DNA of 63,998 nucleotides, filler included, from an uncultured Methanosarcinales archaeon (GCA_964472345.1; 4 parts of 4 records of this genome joined end to end with filler, not necessarily neighbours in it), one strand, 5' to 3'. Shown: positions 1 through 10,187, counted from the whole stretch's first letter. Numbers and translations: made by a program. The notes: a model not told the origin generated them from the sequence alone.

Positions 1-6
1 GTCCAA

Positions 7-1683
7 ATGGCGCATTCCAACAAGGATATACTCTATGCTGCTACTTTTAATGGTATTTTTAAAAGTAGTGATGGTGGGAAAACATGGATAGATAAAACCT
101 CCAACCTCCAGGCGCGAAATATCCAAATAGTGGAAATTCATCCAACTAATCCTGATATTGTTTTCGTGGGCATGTCCACGCTATGGTCCTCGGTGCGTTC
201 TGAGGCATATCGTACCGGATTATATGCGGGACAAGGGATCTTCAGAACTATAGACGGAGGAAATACCTGGCAGAAAGCAGATCAGGGAATTTTTGAATAT
301 ACTATTGAAGATGTTGCTATAAATCCCGCTAAGCCCTACGAAGCATGGTTTGCTGGGCAGGCATCTATGGGTGCGCATAAGACAGAAGACGCCGGACAGC
401 ACTGGAGATTAACGCAAACACCCACTTTTCATTATCCCATGCGCATCACATTTTCACGGCAAGACCCCAAGAGAGTATATGCCACAGGATGGCAGGAAGG
501 CGCTCCATTTTCCATCAGCGATGATGGTGGCATCAACTGGGATTTTATTGAGGGAAAGAAGTTTTTTGATGGGCTTGCACGAGGGAAAGCACTATATGCC
601 GGTGCAAGCCAAGGGCCAGCAACCATTCACCTTCATGGTCTGGCTGTAGATCCCAACAATGATGATGTAGTCTACGCGGGTTCTATTTATGATGCTCATA
701 GCCCAACTAATTTTCCCCTGAAAGGAGCGCATCTCTGGAAATCTACAGACGGTGGAAAAAGCTGGAAGGAATCAGATGAAGGCTTTCCCCATGAAGAAAA
801 AACTGCGATTCATGATATCGCCGTTGATCCTCAAAATACCCATATTCTCTATGCTGCTACTACCTCGCATGAATCAGAAAAAGGCCTGGGCATGTACCAG
901 TCAACAGATGCAGGAAAAACGTGGAAAGAAATCAACAATGGCTTGCAAAACAAAGACATTGGAGCTATTGCCATTCATCCTGAAAGGACAGAAATGTTAT
1001 TGGCAGCAACTTCTGGCGGAATTTACAAATCTACTAATGCTGGCGCTTTATGGAAAAAAACTTCTTCTCCATCATCGTTTGATGTTGAGTATATAAACGA
1101 CGAGCCAGATGTTGTTTACGCATCAACTAATGATGGCGTCCTTAAAAGCAGAGATTTTGGAGACCTATGGTACCCAGTGAATTATGGACTGCCTGCTGGA
1201 GAAGGACAGGGCATTGGGGTGGATTCAACGGGAAAAGTGATATATGCAGCTGTCCGAGATAAAGGGCTGTACCTTGCTCGCTCGGAGCCCATCATTCCGC
1301 AGGATGTACCAACGGAAATAGGCCGGCGAGGGGGTTTTGGACTGGATTTTGTTGGTGTTTTTGAGGGAGATGTTCCCCCCCGTTCGGCGGGTGGTCCGAC
1401 TGATGCTGGCAGATCCAAAGATGCTGGACCGTCCGAAGAAGAGTTTTATCAATTATGCAGGGATATTACCTGGCCACCGAGCTGCAGCTTTATTCCGGAT
1501 GAAATGGGGCAGCGGATGTGCATGAGGTGTAAAGAATTACTACGGGAGGAAAATAGGAGACCTGTGGAAGAACCGCCCCCAGGAGGAGATGGGGAAGGGG
1601 AGGAAGAATTAGTAGCGGAAGAAGTGCGGAAGCCAGGTATTTTGGCACGCCTGTGGAACCGGATTAAAGCGTGGTTTGGATAG
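7..1683 (+). CDS. BNR/Asp-box beta-propeller protein (VPS10/sialidase-like), probably 5'-truncated by window edge
   Basis: Many S/T-x-D-x-G-x-T/S-W Asp-box repeats (KSSDGGKTW, RTIDGGNTW, KSTDGGKSW, QSTDAGKTW); lower GC than neighbouring genes. Confidence 0.85.
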   Translation: MAHSNKDILYAATFNGIFKSSDGGKTWIDKTSNLQARNIQIVEIHPTNPDIVFVGMSTLWSSVRSEAYRTGLYAGQGIFRTIDGGNTWQKADQGIFEYTIEDVAINPAKPYEAWFAGQASMGAHKTEDAGQHWRLTQTPTFHYPMRITFSRQDPKRVYATGWQEGAPFSISDDGGINWDFIEGKKFFDGLARGKALYAGASQGPATIHLHGLAVDPNNDDVVYAGSIYDAHSPTNFPLKGAHLWKSTDGGKSWKESDEGFPHEEKTAIHDIAVDPQNTHILYAATTSHESEKGLGMYQSTDAGKTWKEINNGLQNKDIGAIAIHPERTEMLLAATSGGIYKSTNAGALWKKTSSPSSFDVEYINDEPDVVYASTNDGVLKSRDFGDLWYPVNYGLPAGEGQGIGVDSTGKVIYAAVRDKGLYLARSEPIIPQDVPTEIGRRGGFGLDFVGVFEGDVPPRSAGGPTDAGRSKDAGPSEEEFYQLCRDITWPPSCSFIPDEMGQRMCMRCKELLREENRRPVEEPPPGGDGEGEEELVAEEVRKPGILARLWNRIKAWFG

Positions 1684-1759
1684 TAGCGAATCTCGTTAAT
1701 CTATAAGAAGAAAGTTCAACCAATATATACAAGTTCACTTCATTTCGTCAAAGACCCTA

Positions 1760-1777
1760 AGGGTGCTAAACAAATGC
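1760..1777. repeat. Orphan copy of the right end of the MITE at 60022-60154
   Basis: AGGGTGCTAAACAAATGC vs AGGGTGCTAAACAAATAC (60137-60154), 17/18 identical. Confidence 0.6.
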
Positions 1778-1826
1778 AGAAACTTGAAAAAGAAAAAAAA
1801 TGAGCTTGCCTGATCCCATAAATGAA

Positions 1827-1939
1827 GGTGGACAGCTTCCCGGTTTTCCCGCGGAGCGCGGTACACACCAGGACGGTGAGCTTCTTAACTGCCGAGTTCG
1901 AATGGGATCGGGTGAACCAGCCCCCTCTGGCCGTCCACC
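1827..1939 (-). rRNA. rrf: 5S rRNA (stand-alone, ~113 nt)
   Basis: Reverse complement GGUGGACGGC...CCCGAUCCCAUUCGAACUCGGCAGUUAAG...GCUGUCCACC: 10-bp helix I, loop C CGAAC, GUUAAG motif; TATA at 1956-1966 upstream, T-run at ~1786-1800 downstream. Confidence 0.93.
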
Positions 1940-2178
1940 GCCTGCGGAGCAGCACTTATTTATAAACGCTTCGGCTTTTCTTGAGACTGCTGCGAAGCCG
2001 CCGCTTTGCGCATCAGTCTCATCGCCCGCCGCCGCCCGCGCGGCTCGTGCCCCCAAACCTCAACACAAAAGTATAAAAATCGCAGCGCGCCTCTCCGCCG
2101 GATGCAGGGGCTGCCCAGCAGTCTGCCGGTGCGGTCGTTCCTTTACCCTGTCTGGGAAGCGGCGGCGCGGTGATTATC

Positions 2179-2634
2179 ATGGCAACCTGTGAGCTCTGCG
2201 GGCGTGATGCGCGGCTGGTGCGTAGCATCGTCGAAGGCAGCGAGCTGCTCGTGTGCCACGACTGCGGCTCCTTCGGGACGGCTGTCCGGCAGGTCCGGCA
2301 GCCGCGGGCCGAGCAACCGCCCGCAGTGCCCGTGACGCTGCCGCCGGAGCTTGAAGAGCCGAGCATGGGGCTTGTGCAGGATTTCGCGCAGCGCGTCAAA
2401 GCAGCGCGGGAGCAGCGGGGCCTGACCCAGGAGCAGTTTGCCCAGTACCTGCAGGAGAAAGCGAGCGTGCTGCGCAACATCGAGGCGGGGACGCTTGAGC
2501 CGCCCATCCCGCTCGTGCGGAAGCTTGAAAAGGCACTTTCACTGATGCTGGTCGTGCCGGTCCGAAAGGAGAGCGCACCGCTCCGCGGCAAAGGCGGCGG
2601 GCTGACGATCGGGGATGTTTTCAGGCGGAAATGA
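2179..2634 (+). CDS. mbf1: Archaeal multiprotein bridging factor aMBF1 (Zn ribbon + HTH)
   Basis: CELCG...CHDC Zn ribbon, Cro-like HTH, C-terminal LTIGD motif. Confidence 0.9.
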   Translation: MATCELCGRDARLVRSIVEGSELLVCHDCGSFGTAVRQVRQPRAEQPPAVPVTLPPELEEPSMGLVQDFAQRVKAAREQRGLTQEQFAQYLQEKASVLRNIEAGTLEPPIPLVRKLEKALSLMLVVPVRKESAPLRGKGGGLTIGDVFRRK

Positions 2635-3299
2635 GCCTTGACGCGCGCATGACCATCGTGCTCCCGACGCTGAACGAGGAGCGGAACATCGGGCGGATGG
2701 TGGATACCCTTCGCCGGCTTTATCCGCGGGCAACGCTCCTTGTCGCTGATGACGGAAGCACTGACCAGACGCAGCACGTTGCGCGGGAGCACGGCGCACA
2801 GGTGCTTGACCGATCGCCCTGCGCCGTCAAGGGAATCACTGCGGCCGTCCTTGATGCGTTCAGGCGCGTCCGCACCGACTATATCGTCGTGCTGGATGCG
2901 GATTTCCAGCACCCTCCCGAGACTGTCGCCAAGATCCTGCTTGAGCTTCGCACTGCGGACCTGGTCATCGGCGCGCGGCGGAAAATCATAGGGAACTGGG
3001 GCGTGCTGCGGCACGCTGCAAGCAGGCTTGGGGGGGTACTTGCGCAGGTGCGGCTGCGGAGGGTGGTGCGCGATCCGCTGTCGGGTTTCTTTGGCGTCCG
3101 CACGGCGCTGCTGCACGGCCTGCTCCATGATAGGTTTGAGCTGCACTGCTTCAAGGTGCTCTTTCAGATCCTGAAGCAGCTCGATTTTGCGAGCATGATG
3201 GTGCGCTCCGTCCCTTATGATTTTGGCGTGCGGCACGCCGGCGCGAGCAAGCTCGGGGTGCGACAGACGCTGTATTTCATGAAGAGCCTGGTGACGTGA
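2631..3299 (+). CDS. GT2 polyprenol-phosphate glycosyltransferase (DPM1/ArnC-like)
   Basis: LPTLNEERNI, DDGSTD, DADFQHPP, DPLSGFF, GASKL motifs. Confidence 0.9.
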   Translation: MSLDARMTIVLPTLNEERNIGRMVDTLRRLYPRATLLVADDGSTDQTQHVAREHGAQVLDRSPCAVKGITAAVLDAFRRVRTDYIVVLDADFQHPPETVAKILLELRTADLVIGARRKIIGNWGVLRHAASRLGGVLAQVRLRRVVRDPLSGFFGVRTALLHGLLHDRFELHCFKVLFQILKQLDFASMMVRSVPYDFGVRHAGASKLGVRQTLYFMKSLVT

Positions 3300-4698
3300 T
3301 CCTGTACAACCCGTACTGCTCGCCGTCAAACTCATACTGTTCAATCAGCCGGTTCCTGCGTATCTCCTGATCAAGTGCCTGTTTCGCCTGCTCGCATGCG
3401 GTGTCCTGGCAGGGGTAGAACCCGCTGTGGTAGAGAACCTCTGCCGCCTGCCGGCCGAAGCGGCGGTAGGTTTCCAACGCCCGCGCGGGATTGTCATACA
3501 TGGGAATAAAGCGGCGGTCAGTGTATGCGGCAGGGAGCGGGGTCGTGGTGAGGATGCTTCCTGCGCCTTGCCCGAGCTTTATGAAAAATGACGTGCGCGG
3601 ATCAGGCGCATCGGGCGCTGCCTGGTTCTGCTCATATATCTTACTTATTGGAGTGAGCATTGCTGCCCCGAGCGCCACTATCACGAAAATGTTCAGGGGC
3701 CATCGCCATCGCGTGCGCTGAACTATCCGCACTGCGTGGAAGAGCCCGACGGCGGCAAGTAGCGCAACATAGGGAACTATCACCAGGATAAACCTCTCCT
3801 GCTTGTTTGGGATGAGGGAGAAATAGAGGCCGAGAAGAAACGGAGCGAGAATGAGCCACTTACGGTGCCTGTTCCAGGCTGCTGCGATGCCGAGAAGCGC
3901 GGCCATGAACAGCACGTTCTGCTGCATGAGGACCTTCCCATAGAACAGCGCGCTTCCCGGATGAAACGGGCTCGCCTGATGCCTGGCGCCCTCAATGAAT
4001 GGCCGCAGAGACGCTGCGACGGGGTTTTCTCCATCGCCGCTGTAGAAGGCAGCGTTGAACAGCACGAACGGGACCATCACAACCATCATTCCTGCTCCCG
4101 CCAGCACCGCCTGTCTTGCCCGTTCCTGCCTTGGCATCTGCAGGACTGCTGCGCCAAGCACGAGCACGAGCAGCCCTTGGGGGAATCGCGTCAGCGTTGC
4201 GAGCCCCATCATGATGCCGGGCCAGAACAGCCCTTTTTTTTGCAGATAAAGATACCATGCGAGCAGCGCAAAGAATGTTGATGGGATCTCAGTCATGATG
4301 CGGGACGACTGTCCGACAACAATGGGGGTGAGCGCGACGAGCGCAGCGGCAGCAATACCTACTCCCTCATTCGCTATTTCCTTTCCGAGAAGATAGGTGA
4401 GCATCAGTATGCCGAGGACGAACATGAGCATCAGTACTCTGCCTCCCCCCACTCTATCAATCCCCAGCTTCCCCAGGGTTCCCAGAAGCATCGGGATCAG
4501 CGGCGGGCGGATCTCTTCCCAGAGGCCTGAACTGCCTGACGAGAGCAGGTATTTCCCCATCCCGATGTAGACCGCTTCATCCCACCCTGCCTGATGGGGC
4601 TTCTGCATCCCCTGCAGCCCCCCGAGGCTGAACAAGAGAAGAATCAGGAGGATGCAGATTTGGCCAGCGCCCTTCTTATCGATAAGGCCCGCACACAT
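3277..4698 (-). CDS. GT-C fold glycosyltransferase (ArnT/PMT_2-like)
   Basis: N-terminal TM then WDEAVY and RPPL motifs, many TM helices, KQERF motif. Confidence 0.85.
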   Translation of the reverse strand: MCAGLIDKKGAGQICILLILLLFSLGGLQGMQKPHQAGWDEAVYIGMGKYLLSSGSSGLWEEIRPPLIPMLLGTLGKLGIDRVGGGRVLMLMFVLGILMLTYLLGKEIANEGVGIAAAALVALTPIVVGQSSRIMTEIPSTFFALLAWYLYLQKKGLFWPGIMMGLATLTRFPQGLLVLVLGAAVLQMPRQERARQAVLAGAGMMVVMVPFVLFNAAFYSGDGENPVAASLRPFIEGARHQASPFHPGSALFYGKVLMQQNVLFMAALLGIAAAWNRHRKWLILAPFLLGLYFSLIPNKQERFILVIVPYVALLAAVGLFHAVRIVQRTRWRWPLNIFVIVALGAAMLTPISKIYEQNQAAPDAPDPRTSFFIKLGQGAGSILTTTPLPAAYTDRRFIPMYDNPARALETYRRFGRQAAEVLYHSGFYPCQDTACEQAKQALDQEIRRNRLIEQYEFDGEQYGLYRITSPGSS

Positions 4699-5383
4699 CA
4701 GCTTCCTCGTCCGTATACACAGGGCAGATCTCCCTGAGAATCGTTTCCTTTTCCGTCAGGCCGCTCATAGCCTTGCCGTTCACGACAATCGTCGGATAGG
4801 AGCGAACGCCGTATCTCTCTTTCAGCAGGCCGATGATTGGTTCATATTCGTCGTATTCCCCATCAAACACAAAGTTCAGCAGCTTCATATCGAGCTTGTG
4901 CTTGAGCCAGGTGAGGATAACTGCCTGCTCATCACAGGCCCGGCAATCCTCTTCAGCAGCAAAAAAATACAGGATCACCGCAGCATCCAGGCTGCAAACT
5001 TCCTTTGCGCGCAGGTAGAGCATCCAGTAGCTTATCTGTGCGAGAGTATATTCTCTTTTCAGGAGGTCGAATTCCCGCGTGTTGAGCGTCGCGTCTTTCC
5101 GGTAGTTTTCCACCTTCTCGCGCGTGACTTCGAGGGTCCTGAGACTCCGGTCAAACGTGTTCCTCAAGCCGTCGCAGTTCCTTTCTTTCGTGAACTGGTC
5201 GACAAACTGGTACTGGAGCTGCAGCGACTGGAAGTCCAGCTTCTGCTCTTGGTCCTTGAAGGTGATGAGGTCGATCCGCTTCCCCTCAATCACCAGGCCG
5301 AGCAGCAGGCCGAGCGCAAAGATCCCCGCGGTGATCAGGAACGCGAGCAGATACCTTCCCCTGCTGATCTTCCGTTCTACCAC
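4676..5383 (-). CDS. Membrane-anchored protein with C-terminal thioredoxin-like CxxC domain
   Basis: GTG start overlapping upstream stop; N-terminal TM; YFF...CRAC and YPTIVVN (cis-Pro-like) motifs. Confidence 0.7.
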   Translation of the reverse strand: MVERKISRGRYLLAFLITAGIFALGLLLGLVIEGKRIDLITFKDQEQKLDFQSLQLQYQFVDQFTKERNCDGLRNTFDRSLRTLEVTREKVENYRKDATLNTREFDLLKREYTLAQISYWMLYLRAKEVCSLDAAVILYFFAAEEDCRACDEQAVILTWLKHKLDMKLLNFVFDGEYDEYEPIIGLLKERYGVRSYPTIVVNGKAMSGLTEKETILREICPVYTDEEADVCGPYR

Positions 5384-6633
5384 TTTTGCCGCCGCCCCAT
5401 GAGCAGGTCCAGCGCGATGCCCATCCATACAATCCCGAGAATGATAAAGTACATCAGGACATACGAAATGAAAGGAACCATCCCCTTTTCGAATATCTTC
5501 TCCTTCAGCGTGCGGTGGGATTTCCGCAGGACGTAGACGGAAACCGCTGCCATGACCATGCCAACGAACAGGAGGCTATAGTCAAGGTCAAGAATGTGCA
5601 TGTTCAATGTCCAGCTTTTGATGTAGGTCCAGACATCAAAATCGACCAGGCGGAGGTTGTAGGCATTCACCAGGAGAGGCTTGAGGCCGTAGTAGATCAT
5701 CGAGAGGACGACAGTGATAGTCACTGCTCCCGAGATCAGCTTGGTGGGCATCTGCATCATCCCGAAATCGCCGTACGAACGGTTGAATATCATCCTGCGG
5801 TAGCGCAGCGCATTCAGCACGGAGCCCTTGTACCAGCGGTTGCGCTGCTTGTAGAGTGCCTTGAACGTCTTTGGAGCGAGCGTCGTTACCTGGGTATCAA
5901 GTATCTGGACGATCTTATAGTGATGTTTCTGGAGCCTGAGCGCCATCTCGAGGTCTTCGGTCAGGTTGCCATCCTCGTCGAAGCCGCCAAGCTTCTCGAG
6001 AACCGCTTTCCGGTATACGGAGAACGGCCCCGGCGTCACGTTGACGCAATCGAGCCTTGCCATAATCTGCTTGTAGAACATATTGACTACGTACTCGTAC
6101 TGCTGCATTTTCTGAAGGAGGTTGCCCCCTTTTCCCTCGACCTTGAGCGCCGGAAGCACCGCGGCTATGTCCTCCTGCGAGAAATAGGGGAGAATCTCGC
6201 GGAGCGCGTTCCTGCTGACCAACGAGTCGGCGTCAAGGCAGACAAAATACTCTCCTGATGCCCTCTGCAGGCCGCGGTTGAGCGCACTGCCCTTTCCCCT
6301 GTTCGGCTGGCTGATCAGCTGTATGCTGCTTTCACCCCATCGCTGCTGCGCCTCCTGCACCTTTGCTCCGGTGCCGTCCGTGCTTCCGTCATCAACAACG
6401 ATGACCTCCACTTTTTCCTTTGGGTACTTCAGGCGCACGACATGCCGCAGCGTTTCTGCGATCCTTCCGCTTTCGTTGTACGCGGGGATGATGATTGACA
6501 CCTTTGGCAGTATCCTGAGCCTGACTTTCTTCAGCTTGGGGGGCTCGGTCATGAGCGTGAGCAGCCAAAAGACAGCAAAGAACAGCGAGAGGAAGTACGC
6601 TGTCCACAGTGCGTAAGTCGCGGCGGTGTTCAT
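5377..6633 (-). CDS. Processive GT2 beta-glycan synthase-like (PgaC/IcaA/cellulose-synthase type)
   Basis: D,D,D,QxxRW signature: DDGSTD, DADS, TEDL, QRNRW; N- and C-terminal TMs. Confidence 0.88.
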   Translation of the reverse strand: MNTAATYALWTAYFLSLFFAVFWLLTLMTEPPKLKKVRLRILPKVSIIIPAYNESGRIAETLRHVVRLKYPKEKVEVIVVDDGSTDGTGAKVQEAQQRWGESSIQLISQPNRGKGSALNRGLQRASGEYFVCLDADSLVSRNALREILPYFSQEDIAAVLPALKVEGKGGNLLQKMQQYEYVVNMFYKQIMARLDCVNVTPGPFSVYRKAVLEKLGGFDEDGNLTEDLEMALRLQKHHYKIVQILDTQVTTLAPKTFKALYKQRNRWYKGSVLNALRYRRMIFNRSYGDFGMMQMPTKLISGAVTITVVLSMIYYGLKPLLVNAYNLRLVDFDVWTYIKSWTLNMHILDLDYSLLFVGMVMAAVSVYVLRKSHRTLKEKIFEKGMVPFISYVLMYFIILGIVWMGIALDLLMGRRQKW

Positions 6634-7973
6634 GGTTCCTCGTCCTGAACCTCCCAAATCTCAATCTCATCCTTGTAGTAAATTCTTTTAAACCTTTCGT
6701 TCCGGAAGAGGAAGAGCAGGCCCGCGTCCTCTTCGCTCCAGACCTGCCCCTGCTTCATGGCCGTGTCAATCCAGATGAAGGTGATGTTGTTCTGCCCGAG
6801 GAGCCGCGTGGTGTTCTTCAGGTCACGCGAGCGGAATATCTCCCTGCTGGCTGCCCACCGCTCCTCATAGCGAGGGTCATTATAGCTGGTGAAGGGGCTG
6901 TGGTTTGCGTAATACGCTATCCAGAAGCTCTTTTGGGGGTGGGAGAGCACCGTTGCGGGTTCGTGACGCTGCCTGAGCCAGGCGAGGCTTTCGACCATAG
7001 CAGCTGTCGGGGGCGCGTCCGCGATGCGATCTCCATACGCAACCGCCGAGAACAGGACGCCATAGAGCAGCACGGCTGCGGTGAGATACCTCATGAGGCT
7101 GAGCTCCCATGGACGCTCCCAAAAATACGCGAGGCCGTGCGCTGCGAAGAGCACGATGAGGGGCGTTGCGAAGAGCAGTGCGTGGGGGCTGAGCGTGAGC
7201 CCGAGAACGGCAAATGCGAGCATGGCACCATATGCGGGGAGCATCCTGCCCTTTTCCTTCCTGCTCCGGACAAGCCCGGCGAGCGCGAGCACGAGCAGGA
7301 AGAGGCCAAAGCCATGGAGTGCGCCGATGTCCGCGAAGAGCTCGAGGGCAGGCATATATCCGGGCAAAGGCTCGAGGAGCCAGGGGCGGCGCAGTGCAGC
7401 CTGCGCAGCGAGCGCGCCGAGCGCAAGCAGCACCGTGAGCAGCATCGTGCGCTTTTCGCGGCGGAAGCCGAGGTAGGCGAGGAGCATCACCGCGGCGCAG
7501 AGCAGGGCCAGACGGTCGAGCCAGAGCAGCGGGATGAGCGGCAGCACGGCAAGCCATGGCAACCGTGTTGTGAGGAGAAGCATGCTGATGCCGGTGAGCA
7601 GGAGAGCAGGCCCGTATGGGTTGAGGTAGCTCGCGAGGTAGATGGTTGTCGGCGCGGTGACGAAGAGGAACAGCGCCGCCGCCGCGGTGTTTCTTTCAGC
7701 ACCATTTCTTTTGAGGAGTGCCGCGCATGCAAGCGTGGTGAGCGCCATGACCACCATCATTGCCGCTGCTGCGACGAGGGGCGCGCCCTGCACCGATGCC
7801 ATGAGCGCGCTGAGGGGGTTTGATGCGCTCCCTTCCATCAGGTAGAGGTAGGGGTATTCTCCCATCAGCGCCGTGTTGCCTCTCCACCAGCGCAGTGCGT
7901 TCGGGAAGATGAACAGGAGCGCTGCGACTGCAGCAATTACTGGCATCATCAGCCGGGAGCGCATCGCACTCAT
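6630..7973 (-). CDS. Multi-pass GT-C/STT3-like membrane protein
   Basis: Many TMs then soluble domain SLAWLR...TVLSH...FWIAYYA resembling the AglB C-terminal core; ATG overlaps upstream stop. Confidence 0.65.
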   Translation of the reverse strand: MSAMRSRLMMPVIAAVAALLFIFPNALRWWRGNTALMGEYPYLYLMEGSASNPLSALMASVQGAPLVAAAAMMVVMALTTLACAALLKRNGAERNTAAAALFLFVTAPTTIYLASYLNPYGPALLLTGISMLLLTTRLPWLAVLPLIPLLWLDRLALLCAAVMLLAYLGFRREKRTMLLTVLLALGALAAQAALRRPWLLEPLPGYMPALELFADIGALHGFGLFLLVLALAGLVRSRKEKGRMLPAYGAMLAFAVLGLTLSPHALLFATPLIVLFAAHGLAYFWERPWELSLMRYLTAAVLLYGVLFSAVAYGDRIADAPPTAAMVESLAWLRQRHEPATVLSHPQKSFWIAYYANHSPFTSYNDPRYEERWAASREIFRSRDLKNTTRLLGQNNITFIWIDTAMKQGQVWSEEDAGLLFLFRNERFKRIYYKDEIEIWEVQDEEP

Positions 7974-9463
7974 GCGGTGACCTCCAGGCGGCACTGCGAG
8001 CGGTAGATCGTTACGCGATCGCGCTCGTAGACCTTCGACAGGCACAGCATCCCTCCCGTCGGGAGATCGCCAATCTCGAATTGCGCGCGAGCGCTTTCGG
8101 AGAGCACAATGTAGCTGATCCGGTAGCGGGTGAGGAGCTCGACCGCTTCGGTGGGGAACGGAGTGGTGAAGATCCTGCGTATGTCCCGCACGCGCCTTGC
8201 CGCGTCCCTTGTCAGGATGAAGTAGCTGTCTGCGACGTTTTTTCGCTGTGCAACCGCGGTGACGAGGTGCCCTTCGCTGACGGTTGTGAGGATGGTGCTG
8301 CCCGGCGGCGTCCTGGCGCCGAGCCATTCCATGGCCGTGTAGAGCTCCGGCGGCACGGTCGCCCGCTGTCCCGCCTGCGCTGCGTAGAGGCTCGGAATGA
8401 GCATTGCTGCGACCACCGCGAGCACGAGCAGGCCATGCCAAAGCCAGGGTTTTGCTGCAATGCGCGTCTTGTTAAAGTAATTCCTCCCGAGCACGTAGAC
8501 GGGGCCCGCAAGGATGCTCAGGCATACCGCGAGATAGGGCAGGCCGATTGCCGGCCGGATCAGGCGAAGCCAGACAAGCAGCGCAATGGACACGCTGAGC
8601 GCTATGTAGAGGTAAATATGTTTGTTTTTAACCCTCAACAGGTATTTGTATATCCCATAGACGCCAAGGATCACTGGGATAATCCCGAGCTCTGCGACGA
8701 TGCTGATCGGGGGGATGGTGAAGAAGTACTGGGCGGCGATTTCCGCAGGAACGTTCTGCTGGATGAGCACCTGGCTGAAGGAGGGGAAGACACGCTTGTA
8801 CAGGAGAAACTGCAGCCAGAGATAGATGAAAATGACGAAGAGGGTCACTTCGAGCTCCGCTTTTGCAAGGCGCAGCCGCTCCAGCCGTGCGATGAGGAGA
8901 TATGCTGCTACGCCGCCAATCAGGAACAGGCTTGAATGGTGGGCAATGGCAAGCGCGAGCATGACAATAATAAAGAGCATCACCGCGCGTTTCTTTGGCA
9001 GATACATCGCTATCAGCGCCGCGAGAAAGGTGAGCGGCAACGCGAGAACGAGCGGGGAGAAGGTGAAGAGAACCCTGAACGCCGCCGGCGTGAATGCCGT
9101 GAGAACAGCGCTGAAGAGGGCTGCGTCAGACTCTTTCGTGAGCCTGTAAACGCTTCCGAAGACGATCAGGGGGAGCGCTGCCATGAGAAGCTGAGGGATG
9201 ACCCTTATGGCCACCCCCTGGGGGATGAGCTGCGCGATGCCTGCGGTAAGGTAGCAAACCAATGGCAAGACGAGCCGCAGGCGCCCCCCATAGGAGAGCT
9301 GATCATGCGTCGGAAGGGTGCCGTGCTGCCGGATGTGGTCAACGATCCGGATGCCGAGATAGGCATCACTGTCGAGATGCGGCGTGCTGAACACAAACCA
9401 GAGCCGCAGGGCAAGCACGCCCAGTGCCAGAAGGATGAGCAGCACAAGATGCCTTTTTTCCAT
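7970..9463 (-). CDS. Multi-pass GT-C/STT3-like membrane protein
   Basis: D-x-D-A-Y motif after TM1, many TMs, AMEWL...TILT...EGHLV...RKNVAD C-terminal domain. Confidence 0.7.
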   Translation of the reverse strand: MEKRHLVLLILLALGVLALRLWFVFSTPHLDSDAYLGIRIVDHIRQHGTLPTHDQLSYGGRLRLVLPLVCYLTAGIAQLIPQGVAIRVIPQLLMAALPLIVFGSVYRLTKESDAALFSAVLTAFTPAAFRVLFTFSPLVLALPLTFLAALIAMYLPKKRAVMLFIIVMLALAIAHHSSLFLIGGVAAYLLIARLERLRLAKAELEVTLFVIFIYLWLQFLLYKRVFPSFSQVLIQQNVPAEIAAQYFFTIPPISIVAELGIIPVILGVYGIYKYLLRVKNKHIYLYIALSVSIALLVWLRLIRPAIGLPYLAVCLSILAGPVYVLGRNYFNKTRIAAKPWLWHGLLVLAVVAAMLIPSLYAAQAGQRATVPPELYTAMEWLGARTPPGSTILTTVSEGHLVTAVAQRKNVADSYFILTRDAARRVRDIRRIFTTPFPTEAVELLTRYRISYIVLSESARAQFEIGDLPTGGMLCLSKVYERDRVTIYRSQCRLEVTA

Positions 9464-9574
9464 AGGTTGCTGGTTTCCTGCGCTTTATTTAAACGTAACG
9501 GGTGCGGTCGTCCTTAAGGTTGGTTTGGGCGCACGCCGTGGCGCTTCTCTCAACGAAGGTGATACGGCCTCATG

Positions 9575-9768
9575 GGCTCTGTAGAAAGTGGCCTACGCGG
9601 CAGCCCGTAGTGTTGGAAACCACTGCGGTGGTTTCTAACATGCTCAGAAATGCATTCGGCGCATTTCCGACAGGCGCAACCCCAGCCGCGTCAGCCGTCG
9701 AGCAGAGCTTTGCTTTGGGCAAAGCTGCCGCTCAAGCTGACGGCTACGGCCACTTTTTCTACAGAGCC
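9575..9768. mobile_element. MITE A (194 bp)
   Basis: TIR GGCTCTGTAGAAA / TTTCTACAGAGCC (extends to GTGGCC/GGCCAC); perfect 9-bp TSD GGCCTCATG at 9566-9574 and 9769-9777; several internal hairpins. Confidence 0.88.
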
Positions 9769-9812
9769 GGCCTCATGCAAACCTTAATAAAACCTTCAAG
9801 AACTGCAAACCC

Positions 9813-10187
9813 ATGCAACCGAGATACCGCGGCGTCCTGCTCGTGCTGCTCGCGTCGCTGCTTGCAACTGCAGCGCAGATCCTCTTCAAGCGCGCGAGCG
9901 CCACGCTCGTATGGAATCCCATCGGCCTCATCGCCAACGCCGACCTCGTCGCGGGCTTCATCATCTACGGGCTTGTCGCACTCATCTTTGTCACCGCGCT
10001 GAAAGACGGCGAGCTGACCATCCTCTATCCGGTGCTGGCGATGAATTATGTCTGGACGTCGATCGCTGCGCCGCTGCTTTTCCCGGAGGATTCGCTGAAC
10101 ATCCTCAAGGTCGCCGGGATCGTGCTCATTGTCGCCGGCGTCTCCGCGATCGGCCGCGGGATGCAGCATCCGGCCGAGGCAGCCTAA
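9813..10187 (+). CDS. Small 4-TM EamA/DMT transporter (ArnE/F-like)
   Basis: QILFK, ALKDGELTILYP, E..KVAGI motifs. Confidence 0.85.
   Translation: MQPRYRGVLLVLLASLLATAAQILFKRASATLVWNPIGLIANADLVAGFIIYGLVALIFVTALKDGELTILYPVLAMNYVWTSIAAPLLFPEDSLNILKVAGIVLIVAGVSAIGRGMQHPAEAA

Noticed and set aside
1982..2021. Hairpin TGAGACTG...CAGTCTCA between the 5S and mbf1 promoters
   Set aside because: No TSD or second copy; too short to call an element
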